A stretch of DNA of 64,000 nt from Azolla caroliniana (taxonomy: Eukaryota > Plantae > Polypodiophyta): contig JBHGNT010000020.1 in assembly GCA_043228905.1 (NCBI GenBank), positions 1,054,001 to 1,118,000 on the forward strand, in the 5' to 3' direction. Positions 12,401-23,394 of the stretch are shown one piece after another; position 1 is the first letter of the stretch; each line of letters begins with the position of its first letter. Both the position numbers and the translations under genes were made by a program. The notes below the pieces were generated by a model. That model was not told where the DNA came from. It ran no database searches and saw only the letters and a list, made by a program, of their open reading frames with translations.

Positions 12401-13087
12401 GCAGAACTCATGACCGGACAAGCACCGGTAATGCCGACGGAAACCGCGATCGCAACATGGACAGTGCTACCGTGGAAGGAAGAGATGAGCCGGGAAGAAC
12501 TACTAGCGGTCCGGATACGACAACTAGAGGGAAGACCGGCGGACATAGCGGAAGCAATACGCCGACAACAAGAAGCACGATTAAGGAACAAAAGCCGGTT
12601 CGACACAAAGCACCGACTACGACCGAGGAGGATTGAAGAAGGAGATTGGGTGATCGTCTATGACAGTAGTTTGGATCATCAACATACAACGATGCGGAAG
12701 TTCGCGAAAAGGTGGTTCGGGCCATACGAGGTTCGGAAAGTCTTCGACAACGGAACGTACCGACTATCCGAGTTGGATGGAACAATATTACGAGTGCCTA
12801 TAGCCGGGAAGCGAGTGAAGATTTTCAAGAAGCGGACCGACGACAAACCCTATGTGATCCAAGCCAAGGCCGACAACGAGGAGCAATCGGATGAAGACCT
12901 CGGTGATGCGGGAAGCGAAGAAAGTGAGTTACAACTCATAGTCGACATAAGGAGAGAATCGGAGGAAGCTTTGGGTGAAGACGGATATGGGGAATCGAGA
13001 ACTTCGGCACATACCGGAGGATGTGCGGGTTCGGAGGGGGCGAATGTCGTAGTGTATTCCGCACACTACGTGGAAACCATAAAATAA
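9446..13087 (+). CDS. pol: Pol (RT-RNase H-integrase) of element B, in the -1 frame, probably reached by ribosomal frameshift
   Basis: RT motifs LPQG and FLDD; RNase H VDTS and ETDCLP; integrase GHRG...CEKC and DRGE..GKIERGH; GPY motif. The -1 frame is open from the GGATTTT site at 9446 through the TTG-start ORF 9590-13087. Confidence 0.9.
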   Translation, partial: GFLKRTVAEWGSDSPRSPDTPHRKKTLGAKHVRIGPDGASTYTTVTGGLKKGYRQVEDKLRSASIIKEDEEIVGIVEEVFYGSTLQRLEELAEDESQGNRVVPVESVEMYEIITKMEPDTLRKEEAMVSTKYKTVEKKVKPAAGPLPADSEQKRKEVSGDPTLRKTVDIGHAFMDETQKKLRIGGGGFLLQKEEERFREMLEQHGKAFAFTSREIGCVDPRTVEPMVIFTIDHVPWNLKLIPVPRAHIPKVIDLLKEKVAMGILEPSTAPYSNRWFTVPKKHGSLRFIQDLQPVNKVTIRNSGVGPIVDEFAEAFAGRAIYSIGDLYSGYDQFQLAVESRDITTMRTPIGLVRMCTLPQGATNSVAHMMNAMNKVLRDCIPEITMPFLDDIPMKGCAIEEKDETMDDRGCRKFVVDHIHDCEKVLRKLEDVHLTLSGEKSAFGQEEILVVGHLCGPYGRRPSPTKIDAIQAMEEVCESTSEVRRFLGACAFYHIWIPHYAHIADPLYHLLRKGKKFEWKPEHTKAMKKLKKTLRRAEALKKPSYDRPIIVTVDTSPTGIGWVINQADSDGSRYPIQFGAKVLNERQRGYVQVKRELWGVVSAIKSDRDYLIGAEVVIETDCLPILGMMRCCTIPDVAMLRWVAYVKSLNPEVRHISGKDNAVADIVSRARFGDDITESDNEEVSEDYFASEHICRVNVIREFREAEYEGESLMIGKMLQEAEDSANDKGRRAEIRRKKRQVQKFFLENGLIWRAPKRPDGIPLRVVGTKEQQDRIMSEFHESDWAGHRGTWATFVKIKQKYWWKKMYKDVVEFTESCEKCQVYSGVRHRDELHPTFSPTINFKWMVDIVVMPTGIGQKKYLVLAREDLTNQVEGRALQRKTCSAVCQFLLEEVFCRYGCVGQVIADRGELDSDKARGFFAKHGVRLSLITAYNPEASGKIERGHSPIVKALAKACDGKVKGWPQMLPYALWADRTTHSSITGYMPAELMTGQAPVMPTETAIATWTVLPWKEEMSREELLAVRIRQLEGRPADIAEAIRRQQEARLRNKSRFDTKHRLRPRRIEEGDWVIVYDSSLDHQHTTMRKFAKRWFGPYEVRKVFDNGTYRLSELDGTILRVPIAGKRVKIFKKRTDDKPYVIQAKADNEEQSDEDLGDAGSEESELQLIVDIRRESEEALGEDGYGESRTSAHTGGCAGSEGANVVVYSAHYVETIK

Positions 13088-13744
13088 TATATCCGATTTT
13101 AGATACATATAAATAAATAAATAATATATCAAAAGAATTTATCACGTGCATAGGGCAAGATTTGAACCATGCACCTCCACGTAAATAAACCCCAACTTTA
13201 CCATTGTAATAACTTATCTTTAGTGTTATAAATATAGATTTAATACGCATAAGACCTTACATATACCTTTATTAAAAGGTAAAAATCATGTATTCTTTAG
13301 AGTGTAAATATTTTATTTATACGTGCCATTAAAAGTGACTCATGCACATCTAGCGTGCATGAGCCCTATATTTAGGAGATGACAAAGCATCACATGCACA
13401 TTTAGTGTGCATGGACACTTTAGGTGAAAAAGCATGAAGCCATGCTTAGCCTCTTCCATCTTTATATAAGGAGGAGAGAAATATGTATATGGTTGTTGAT
13501 TAATATACAAGTTTTGATCAATCTAATATATTCGTGGGATTCACAAATTTTGCCATTTAATTGCTCTTATAATCTAAATATTGTTTTAAAATACACTAAC
13601 CTCGTGGGATTCACGAGATTACTATCTTACTTCTCTTCCTATTAGTCATAACTAGCCTTAAGTTGTATTCCTCTTCCTCCTAGTCCAAAACCTCGGCGGT
13701 TCCCACCCGACTCACGCAACGATCCGGAGCCGAAGGGCACGACA
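13045..13744 (+). repeat. 3' LTR of element B
   Basis: Preceded by the PPT and followed by TSD ACGT. Confidence 0.97.
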
Positions 13745-14632
13745 ACGTTAGGATGAGAAGGAAGCAGTTTTACGGGAGGCACACTGCAGCACGGCAGGCG
13801 GCCATTACGTGGGCGACGTTACAGCCCAGAACAGAAACCCATCTTCTAGCTATTAGCACCCCCATCGCTCCTCCCCCTCACCTTCTCCCCCATCCTGTCA
13901 TAGAGCTCCAACCCACCGCAACCACCGGTCTCCTTGCCACGAACCTACTCTGGCGATGTCGATCTTCATCTCTACTGCCCTACGTCGATGGCTCGTGGAG
14001 AAACGCCTGGATGGGTACATCCGGGTCGTAGAAGCACCTCCACACCCGGATGCCATGGACATCGCCAGGAATCTTAACATCGACACGGCCACCAACTCTT
14101 CCATCCGGAAGAAGTTGGACCTATCCTCACTAGGCGAAAGACATTTCGAAATACCTTCTGCAGAGGCGCTGCAGCGGTATTTTGGTCCATATTCCTCCTC
14201 CGCCAAGGCCTATAGAACAAAGCAGATTCCGAATCCCTTCTTCCGAGAAGTTGTCAAGTTCCTGCTAGAAGTCGGCTACATACATGTCAACGCATATGGG
14301 ATGCCCAAGCAAAAGGCGGGCATCATTATCGATACCTTTGAAGGGCGTGTCGTCCACTGGGGGGGTCATCATAGGGACGGCGTTAAGGGAAGGCCTGCAT
14401 GCGTACCAAGCAGGGAAAAAGCTCAGGCCGATCATACAACAGTACCTTACGGTACTATTTCCAACCCGAGGCCTGCCGGCACCACAGCCCAGCCGACCCA
14501 CAACCCCGCCCCGATTTGCGAAGCGCGAAGCGCAGGTTAGCGGAGTTATCGGCCCCGGAGTGGGAAGAGGAACCCCAACCCGCCCAACCAGACCTAAGGA
14601 CAACACCTCCTACCGACCAACCGAACACACGG

Positions 14633-16125
14633 TGTTGTGAAGATTTTCGGCAATAGTGTGAAAATCCCATAAAACGTACGAAATCGAGTATGAATCACAT
14701 AATACAATAATTGTGAAGATAACATTTTAGATAAATTTAATATCTAAGTACAAAATGATGGAGGTTTCGAATGCACTTTATTACACGAGAAACGGACAAC
14801 TAAATGTCAAGATATGAGGGTATTAAGTTTGTGAAAGGAAATGAGAAAATTGTGAGATATCCCACATAGGCACGGCAAATACGGCTCTCATCATATATAA
14901 GGTAGAGCAAAAGATATTATCTTTGTGTCTATGTGTGGAGCATAGAGAGTTCAAGGTAACTTGAACTAAGAGTGGAGGTGGGCTAGCTACTCGTAAAGGG
15001 TTTTGGCCAACCAAAACTGGACCGGCGATGGAGGGCTAACTACTCGTAAAGGGTTTTGGCCAACCAAAACCGGACCGGCGATGGAGCCGGTGATCCGGCA
15101 GCATCCGGCGGCGGCACCGGTATTTGGCGAGGCACCGGTAACCGACGACATCCGGCGGCACTAGTATCCGGCGCCGGTGAGACGACAGCATCCGGCGAGG
15201 AACCGGTAACCGACGGCATCCGGCGGCACCGGTATCTGGCGCCGGTGAGACGACGGCACCGGTATCCGGCGAGGCACCGGTAACCGACAGCATCCGGCGG
15301 CAACCGGCGGTGGCACCGGTATCCAGCGCCGGTAAGACGACGGCATCCGGCGGCGGCACCGGTATCCGGCGTCGGTAAGACGACGGCATCCGACGAACCG
15401 GCGTTCGGCGACTAGATAAATAAATATATAAATATATATACATATATACATATACAAGGAGGGCAAGTAAGGATTCGAACCTTGCACCTCCAAGTTAGGA
15501 GTCAATTGGCTTACCATTAAGCCATGCTATTTAGTTAAAATTATATTTCTATCATTATACTTTTACATGTAAATTCTCATACATGAGAGCTAAAATGGGT
15601 GACATGGTTATCATGCACCACATGTAATACATAAGCGCCAAATGGCAAACATGCAATTTATGCATGTCTTGTACCCTCACATGCATCATATGCATGAGAG
15701 CATCTATAAAAGAAGGAAAGGGGAGGAGAAAAAAGACGGTTTCTTTTGTTATGAAATTAAGAAGAAGAAATTCGTTATCAAATTGATCGTTTAACTTGTT
15801 TCTTAAATCTAAAGTTAAAAGTTAAATCAATCTCTCTCAATCGTTTAATCTCAACTTCTCTCTTTCCCAATCTATCTTAAGTACTTTCTCGCTAAAGCTT
15901 ACGCCAAAGCTTGTACCGACTTTGAATCCTTCCGGTCCAGAACCCCGGCGGTTCCGCCTCACGATCCGCACGTAGTGACGGATCTTCACGACATAATTAA
16001 GTGGTATCTTAAGTACTTTCTCGCTAAAGCTTACGCCAAAGCTTGTACCGACTTTGAATCCTTCCGGTCCAGAACCCCGGCAGTTCCGCCTCACAATCCG
16101 CGCGTAGTGACGGATCTTCACGACA
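14633..16125 (+). mobile_element. Element C: LTR-retrotransposon remnant (one full LTR, partial PBS, tip of second LTR)
   Basis: Ends TGTTGTGAAGAT...ATCTTCACGACA (11/12 inverted match). 4-bp TSD ACGG at 14629-14632 and 16126-16129. The terminal ~120 bp is present twice (15873-15993 and 16005-16125), with TGGTATC at the junction. Confidence 0.88.
15065..15412. repeat. GC-rich minisatellite inside the LTR of element C
   Basis: Reiterated GGCACCGGTATCCGGCG and GACGGCATCCGGCG modules in an otherwise AT-rich LTR. Confidence 0.85.
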
Positions 16126-18125
16126 ACGGGCAACGTAGGAGGAACAAGCCCATGGAAGCAGCCCCAGAGCCAGACACTGAAATACGGCAGGAGAGCCCCA
16201 AACCAAAACGGCGTAGATTGGATAGGAAAGATGGGGGGGGCTGGTCAAAAACGCCCCCACGGCGACAGAAACACCGACCGAAAGCGATGGTTCCGCAGCT
16301 ACGGAACCCAATACCACCTTCGAAATCATCCAGGAGCCACGGTCGATCATTACGACCCAGTCCCAATGAGGGAAAGCCGTATTGATGGCGGAAAGCGAGG
16401 TGTTGGCATGTCCGGATATCCTGGATATAGCCCACGAGTTCAAATAGCCCTCTTGAAGTTCGGTACTTCTTTTGAGCTCATGGAGTTCTTGGCAACGCAA
16501 CAGGTAAAAGCTGCCCAACGAATGGCCGAAGAGCATGTGGAACGCCAGATGATCGAGCGCGCCCTAACACAAACAACGGAGAGCGACGATGAGGACCGGC
16601 TAGCCAGGGTCGGCAGACAGAGGAACGTCGGGGTACGCCGAGTGGGGATGGAGATACCCCCATTAAACACGGCCCTAGTCGAAGTCCATCGGGAACTGGC
16701 AAAGGTCAGCACGGGCGCCAAGGAGATGGCCATAAAAAATAAGAATGTCTGGAAGAAGGTTAAACTGACCCAAGCCGAACTGCAAAAAGCCAACGCATGT
16801 GTCGCGGAGTTGCAAGCTCACGGGACTACGGCGCAACACGCAACCCCGCCCCCGAACCACGCCATCGATGCTCTAAAAGAAGAAATAGAGGCTCAGACCG
16901 CCATCGCCTCAAAAGCAAAAAGGGTCGTGCAGCTAGCAGAATCAGAAATTGACCGCCTTCGAGCAAAACTACGACAATCCTTAGACAAAGAAAAGGAGAT
17001 ATGGGCTAACGGCCAGAAGGCAGTAAAACCCTTGAAGAGAAACTCGCTACGGAAGTAGCTCAGCACATCCGGACAAAAGACGACAACGCCGAATTATGGG
17101 AGGACGCGAAGAAATCGGAGGCGGCAATAGCGGGACTTCGGGCCTTATTAGAAAAAAAAGAAGGTATGGTTCGACGAGCAGTTGGTGGTCGAACAAGGCA
17201 GAAGGCATCAGCTCGAACTCCGCCTAAACAATGACATGGGGAAATTAGAAGAACAGCATGCAAAGGAATCCCAGCTGTGGGCAGGCCTGAAGGCCACGTA
17301 CGAGGAAGCGGCAACGGTGAAACAACAGGAAATCGCAAATCTCCAGAAGTCGATGGAAGACGCACGCAACCATGCGGACTTGGAGAACCGGCGAAAAGAC
17401 GGTCGAGGTTTCTATAAACTAAATGAGGAGAGCATTGTAGCCGTACGGGAGGACCTAGCGCAAGACTATCGTGCACTAGCGGACCAACACTCCGAAGAAC
17501 TCGCGCAGCTCTTAGATGATTTTGGTGAATGCCAGGAGGAGCTATTTCACCAGATCACACAAGCTGGCAACACGCAGGAATCCAGCAAGACACCAATTCC
17601 GGGCACGGCCAAAGAAGAGGAACCTCAGGCCCGATCACCAGAAATGACAACGATGGAGAATAGCGGGGACCGACGAGCGGAGTTCCCCACAGGACTAGAC
17701 AGCGAAACCACTACACAACAAGAGGTTCATTCGCACGATCCCACACTATCATCAGACCACACGAAGAACGATGCGGGCCAAGCGGAATCTCCGCCCCACT
17801 CGCTGGAACGTACAAAAATGGCTGACACTACGAAGGACGCAACAATAGAGGCAGAGCCGCAGCCGACAGCAAGCACGACAACGGTGGAGCCCAACCCACT
17901 AGCTCAAGAAGAGTCCACCGTACCCGAACCGCCCACACACGGTGACGGTGACTCCGGGAGAAACCAGCCCGACCAAACAAGGGAGCCACACCACGATACA
18001 CATACGGGCCCTACGTCACCTACGGACGCGGACACCGCAGCAGAGCCAAACATCCGGGCCATTTTGGAAGAGGATTAACGGGATGGGTCCGTCGTGCCAG
18101 GGCACTGTCCCACAGGCGTGCCAGG

Positions 18126-18565
18126 TGTTGTCCACCGGAATAGTAACTGACGGACAAAAGCGTAGGAATAGGAAATAATATAGGAGCATAACGCATGTAA
18201 TGGTTCACGCAGGAAGCGTGAATGGCTAAATAGACCCTACGTATATAAAGGGCAGAAAAACCTCTGATAGGGGTGCGTGTAATTTTGGGAATGTAAAGAA
18301 ACACCTGATAATAGAATTCTATCTTCTCTGATTTCCTGTGTATAGCTACGACTAATTCACTGTGTGTGTCTTGAATACCTAAGTGTTTAAGTACGTAAGT
18401 GTAACCCTTGATAGGGATTTGGTTGTAGCCGTCTCCCTTATGAGCTGACACGGTACAAGGATTCTTCCCCTACGCATTACGCTTAAACACATGTTCGTTG
18501 TTCCACACCCACTTTGAGGTCTAGGTCGAAGGACTGACCGCGGACCGTGTTCCTAATCGGCAACA
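18126..18565 (+). repeat. 3' LTR of element A
   Basis: Direct repeat of 1998-2435, followed by TSD ATGAC. Confidence 0.95.
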
Positions 18566-19069
18566 ATGACGCCAAAACACAAATTGTTGTTTGCTTTACA
18601 TCAATATTAAATATGCTAGAGACAATAACCTAGGTGTTAATGAACAATGTTAGTACCTCTACTTCTGTAGACAACTCTTTGCATGTGGTTGTGTTTGTCA
18701 TGTCCTCCTCACCCTGATTGTCTATGGCATCCAACTCCTCAATAGTGCAACGGATGGTGCTCTTCATCATTCCAAATTCCTTCAATATCTGTATATGACG
18801 CCAAAACACAAATTGTTGTTTGCTTTACATCAATACTAAATATGCTAGAGACAATAACCTAGGTGGTAATGAACAATGTTAGTATTGTTACAACTAAACT
18901 GCTAAGACCTTCATGTCCATTTGCTTTACATCAGTCCTAAATCACTTGGAACACAAAAACTACAATGTTAGGAACCATGTTAGTACTAATACAACCAAAC
19001 AACTAAGATCCTTATGGTCTTTTTCTCTACATTAGTACTAATTCACCTCAACACAAATGTAATCAATAA

Positions 19070-19740
19070 TGTATACTAAACCAATTGTAGAAGTAATTGC
19101 AAAATGAAGTGTGTTCGCTTTTAGAACTAAACCACCTAAATATAGGATGAATTCTAGTACTACACCAATTGTACACCTAAAGGTCACCTAAAATTTTCCT
19201 ATGCTTGTACTAGCCCACCTAAATATAGAATGGATTCTAGTACTAAACCAATTGTACAACTACTTCCAAAATGAAGTGTGTACTATGTTAGTACTAGCTC
19301 ACCTAAATATAGGATGGATTCTAGTACTACACCAACTATACACCTAAAGGTCTACTGAAGTGTGTACTATGCCTATCCTAGCCCACCGAAATATAGAATG
19401 GATTCTAGTACTAAATCAATTGTACAGTTAATTGCATATTGAAGTTTGTACTATATTTGTACTAGCTCACCTAAATATAGGATGGATTCTAGTACTACAC
19501 CAATTGTACACCTAAAGGTCTCTTGAAGTGTGTAATATGTTAGTACTAGCCCACCTAAATATAGAATAGATCCTAGTACTAAACCAATTGTACAACTACT
19601 TCATGAATGAAGTGCGTAATATGTTAGTACTAGCCCACCTAAGTATAAGATGGATTTTAGTACTCCACCAATTGTACACCTAAAGGTCTCCTAAAATTGT
19701 CCTATGCTTGTACTAGCCCACCTAAATATAGAATGGGATT
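19070..19740. repeat. Tandem repeat, ~84-bp unit x8, with alternating A/B variants
   Basis: CACCTAAATATAG[G/A]ATGGATTCTAGTACTA recurs near 19136, 19219, 19303, 19386, 19471, 19555, 19639 and 19722. Confidence 0.9.
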
Positions 19741-21159
19741 CAGTCAAAGTAGCATGTTTAGTATTACAACATCTATACACAAACATGTAAAATTAGTTAT
19801 GATGAATGCACAAGAACTAAATAACATAAATAATGATGCAACATATAGTATATGGAGCAAAACCAGTACTAAACCATGAATTTTCTATTTTGTAGTATGA
19901 ATTGTGACCTAAACCTATACTAAAGCAACTATAAAATGGAATTAGAAAATACAGAAAAACATAGTAGCAGTATCACATACCAATGGAGTGAACTTTGAAA
20001 TTCATAGTTAAGTACTATTCAGCACCAATAGTAATTTTACAATGCATACATGTATTTATTTTCTCAAAGTGGTACTTAGCACATAGCATATGATATGTGT
20101 GCAAACACGATTTAATCACAACATCCATAGCCTCGAGCTTGAATCCAAAGCCACAGAATCTACACGGACACAAACTATAACATAATAGCTAAAGGAGAAA
20201 AATATAAACCTTAGAAGGTAAAAGGAGAGATATCCTTTGAGGCATCCTCAGACTTCAAGCCAATGTTTGTATTGGAGGACTCTCTATAATGTGATGATTG
20301 GTGACGAGTAAATTCTTCCTGGTCAACTTCAATGTTATTTGAACTTCACATGCAAAAACACATGCGCTTCACCCTTTCTTTGGTCTTTGTCTATTTACTT
20401 TCTTTGATGAGGGGTCCACATTCTTTCTTTTGCGGGTGTCATCACTTCGTGTTTGACTAGTGCCTTCCTCGTGGGTATCTTCTCTGCCATTTTTCTAGTT
20501 CTCACTCTCCTTCTAAAAAAGCTTCCACAACATAGTATTAACTCCCTTACATAGCTATAAACTAGTACTTCACACATCAATATACATAACAGAATACCAT
20601 TCCTAGATCATGCAGTAGATTACCACATTATAAATATGTCTAGACAATAATACTAAATCAACAAGAGCAAGAAGAATAACAACAAGAAAACAACTATTCA
20701 GCATAGTAGTAGTAAGTCAAGCATCCCCCTTTCCAACAACAACAAGAAGAAGCAAAGCAAATTCAAGCATATACATCTATAAGATTCAAGCATATCTCAA
20801 ACCTCAAATGAACGCTACACAAAAACAATAACACCACTACCAATAACAAGAACATGACATAATAGTCTGGTCCAAAAATAACAAAGCATATACTTGTCAT
20901 CACAGAATTACTAAATCTCGACTTGCAAATGAATCTGGAAAGAAAAGGAACAACAATTTCAGCAACATCAACATCAACAAAAACAACAAGAACATGACAT
21001 AATCGTCCAGATCAAGAACAAAGCACTTCTTGGACATGTCATCACAACAGTACTAAATGAGGCACCCTTGTCCAAGCCTCAACAAGTGCAAGATTCATAT
21101 CTCAGCTCTTCAATTAACACTGGAGAAAACAAGAACAATAGATAGAACAAGAACAAGAA

Positions 21160-21630
21160 CATCACCAAACATACTCAACAAGAACATGTTGAGGAACAGA
21201 ACATAGACATAGGACCATATCATCACAGCACCCCTTTCCATATGTGAACATGTACAAGACTCAACCGTATACATGTTACAAGACTCTCAAATGAACACAT
21301 TTGAAAAGTAAGATGACAAACATACTCAACAAGAACATGTTGAGGAAGATAACAAATAAAGCATCATATCATCATAATGCCCCCTTACCATATGTGAACA
21401 TGTACAAGACTCAACCATATTTTTTTACAAGACTTTCAAATGAATGCATTTGAAAAACAAGACAAATGAAGAGCAGGAACAACAACAAACATGCTCAACA
21501 AGAACATGTTGAGGAAGATAATATATAAATAGCATCGTATAATCACAACACCCCCTTACCGTAATGAGCATGTACAAGACAAGCATATTTCTATACAAGA
21601 TTCTCAAATGAGCACATTTGAAAAACCAAA
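21160..21630. repeat. Tandem repeat, ~150-170-bp unit x3
   Basis: CAAACATACTCAACAAGAACATGTTGAGGAA recurs near 21166, 21317 and 21486 with matching downstream sequence. Confidence 0.8.
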
Positions 21631-22011
21631 CATAACAAGAACATTTACAAACAAAATCAACAAGAATATACCTCTTCTCGAATAGTTGAAACTTCTCAAT
21701 AAATATGTGGTAGAGTCACAAGTTTTTTGCCCACAACTTCTTGTAGATCATGCAACAAAACCCACAATAGGAGGAGACCTAGATTTTGTGTTGTTTGAAG
21801 AGGTCGATGCATGTTTGTTGTAGAAGGGTCACAACAAGGACATCGAGCAAAGATGGTATGAACACAAAGAGCAAAGGTGACAGGGTGAGCAAAGAATGCC
21901 TGATACACCATAGAAGAATCACAACAACAACAAAGAGTAGAGATCTCTTGTTTTCTGTGGATGATGTGAGACACAACAAGCAACAACGATCAGAGATGGT
22001 GGGGACATAGT

Positions 22012-22791
22012 TGTTGGGAGACAGGTCCCTCCGGATGGGAAGGGAGAAGAACAGTGCCGAAGGGAGAAGAAACGGTATGAGGAGTTCCCGGCTACGGAGA
22101 GCCGGATGATACAGACCCGGTGAGGACTGGATGAGGAGTACCCGGCTACGGAGAGCCGGATGATACAGTCCCGGTGAAGACCGGATGAGGAGTACCCGGC
22201 TACGGAGAGCCGGATGATACAGGCCCAGTGAGAACCGGATGAGGAGTACCCGGCTACGGAGAGCCGGATGATACAGTCCCGGTGAAGACCGGATGAGGAG
22301 TACCCGGCTACGGAGAGCCGGATGATACAGGCCCGGTGAGAACCGGAGGAAGAGACATATTCGTAAATATGTTTCTGAGAGCCCATCGAGGCTATATTTG
22401 TAAATAGCCGAAAAGTCATATTAGTATAAATATGACTTAGGGCAAACTTTTAGTTGTGATTATTCACTTGTTGGTGCAAGAATAGAGAGAGCACGTAATA
22501 GTGTACAGAGAGAGAAAGAGGTCGTTGCCTCTGTTGTAACCGCCGCCTGTGGCGAAGATCTGTGAGCACGAGGTCGTTGCCTCAGTGAACTCACTGTTGT
22601 ATATTCCTACATAGTGACAGTTTGCAGCCTGTGGGCTGCCGTGGTTTTTCCCCTAGTTTGGGGTTTTCCACGTAAACCTCCTGTGTATTCTCTCCTTCTC
22701 TGTGTCGCGTTTTATTTCCCGTTTTTCTGTGTATCATTCTAAGCTCAGTTGTGGCCGAGCGTTGCGCATAAGGAACGTTGCGTTCCCAACA
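22012..22791 (+). mobile_element. Solo LTR (Copia, related to the element D/E LTRs) with an internal 54-bp tandem repeat x5
   Basis: TGTTGGGA...TCCCAACA ends; TSD ATAGT at 22007-22011 and 22792-22796. Shares GTCCCTCCGGATGGGA, GGGTTTTCCACGT and GTTGTGGCCG motifs with the other Copia LTRs here. Repeat units start at 22077, 22131, 22185, 22239 and 22293. Confidence 0.93.
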
Positions 22792-22919
22792 ATAGTGAGC
22801 AAAGAGCACCTTGAGGTTGCAAAAGGGTCAAAGTGAACACAAAACGTGGTTGTTGCCTGGAGGCACAGACGGTCTAAAGCGTCGCCACAACTTGAACACT
22901 TGTGAATGCAACAGATCTT

Positions 22920-22963
22920 AGAGAGGGAGAGACAGAGAGACAGATCTGAGAGAGGGAGAGACA

Positions 22964-23015
<52 letters not shown>

Positions 23016-23046
23016 ACTTGAACATCCACTTACGTGAGGTAGGAGA

Positions 23047-23080
<34 letters not shown>
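22920..23080. repeat. (GA)n microsatellites
   Basis: Pure GA runs at ~22969-23013 and ~23049-23078, with degenerate GA-rich sequence upstream. Confidence 0.95.
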
Positions 23081-23394
23081 CACTCACTCAATCACCTTCA
23101 AAAATTAAAGACATTGTATATGTTTACCTCGACATATGCACCTTCAACCTCAAGTGGAATTTATTACACAAGGGACACTTGGACAGAGATGTAACACTGG
23201 AAGGATGTGTGGGTTTATTGTTCTTTTAAATTTTGAGCCCATTAAATGTGACTTTTATTTTTTCAATAAGTGATGATAAAATTTTTAGTCACTTTTATTG
23301 GATTTATTTTAAATTATAGTGTTTTTCTCTTCATCGAAATAGTACTAAAATTTTGGCCAAAAGTTGGTACACCGTAGCTTGCTTTCACCCCTAT

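Larger units (their letters stand above)
6671..13744 (+). mobile_element. Element B: near-intact Ty3/Gypsy LTR retrotransposon with tRNA-Trp PBS and 4-bp TSD, nested in element A
   Basis: LTRs at 6671-7373 and 13045-13744 (TGTCGT...ACGACA; about 8 substitutions and one 3-bp indel by eye). TSD ACGT at 6667-6670 and 13745-13748. PBS TGGTGAACCCGACGTGA; PPT GGAGGGGGCGAA. Removing the element rejoins the host integrase frame (GVR.DEKEAVLREAHC..GGHY). Confidence 0.97.
13956..18078 (+). pseudogene. Extra 3' ORF of element A (coiled-coil-rich, acidic/Pro-Thr-rich tail), frameshifted and split by element C
   Basis: Successive same-strand ORFs 13956-14540, 14284-14640, 16231-17058 and 17182-18078 lie between the integrase remnant and the 3' LTR. 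The middle part has E/K/A/L-rich heptad-like composition. Confidence 0.65.
1998..18565 (+). mobile_element. Element A: Ty3/Gypsy LTR retrotransposon, non-chromovirus (Athila/Tat-like), degenerate, hosting two nested insertions
   Basis: LTRs at 1998-2435 and 18126-18565 (T[A/G]TTGTCC...GGCAACA). 5-bp TSD ATGAC at 1993-1997 and 18566-18570. PBS-like TGGCACGC just after the 5' LTR. Order is gag-PR-RT-RH-INT, followed by a long 3' extra ORF region. Confidence 0.95.

Noticed and set aside
15036-15517. Arg/Pro-rich ORFs in several frames
   Set aside because: They are translations of a GC-rich minisatellite that lacks stop codons.
21919-23194. ORFs with 18-aa repeats and SLSLSL/ERERER runs
   Set aside because: They are products of the 54-bp LTR repeat and the (GA)n microsatellites.
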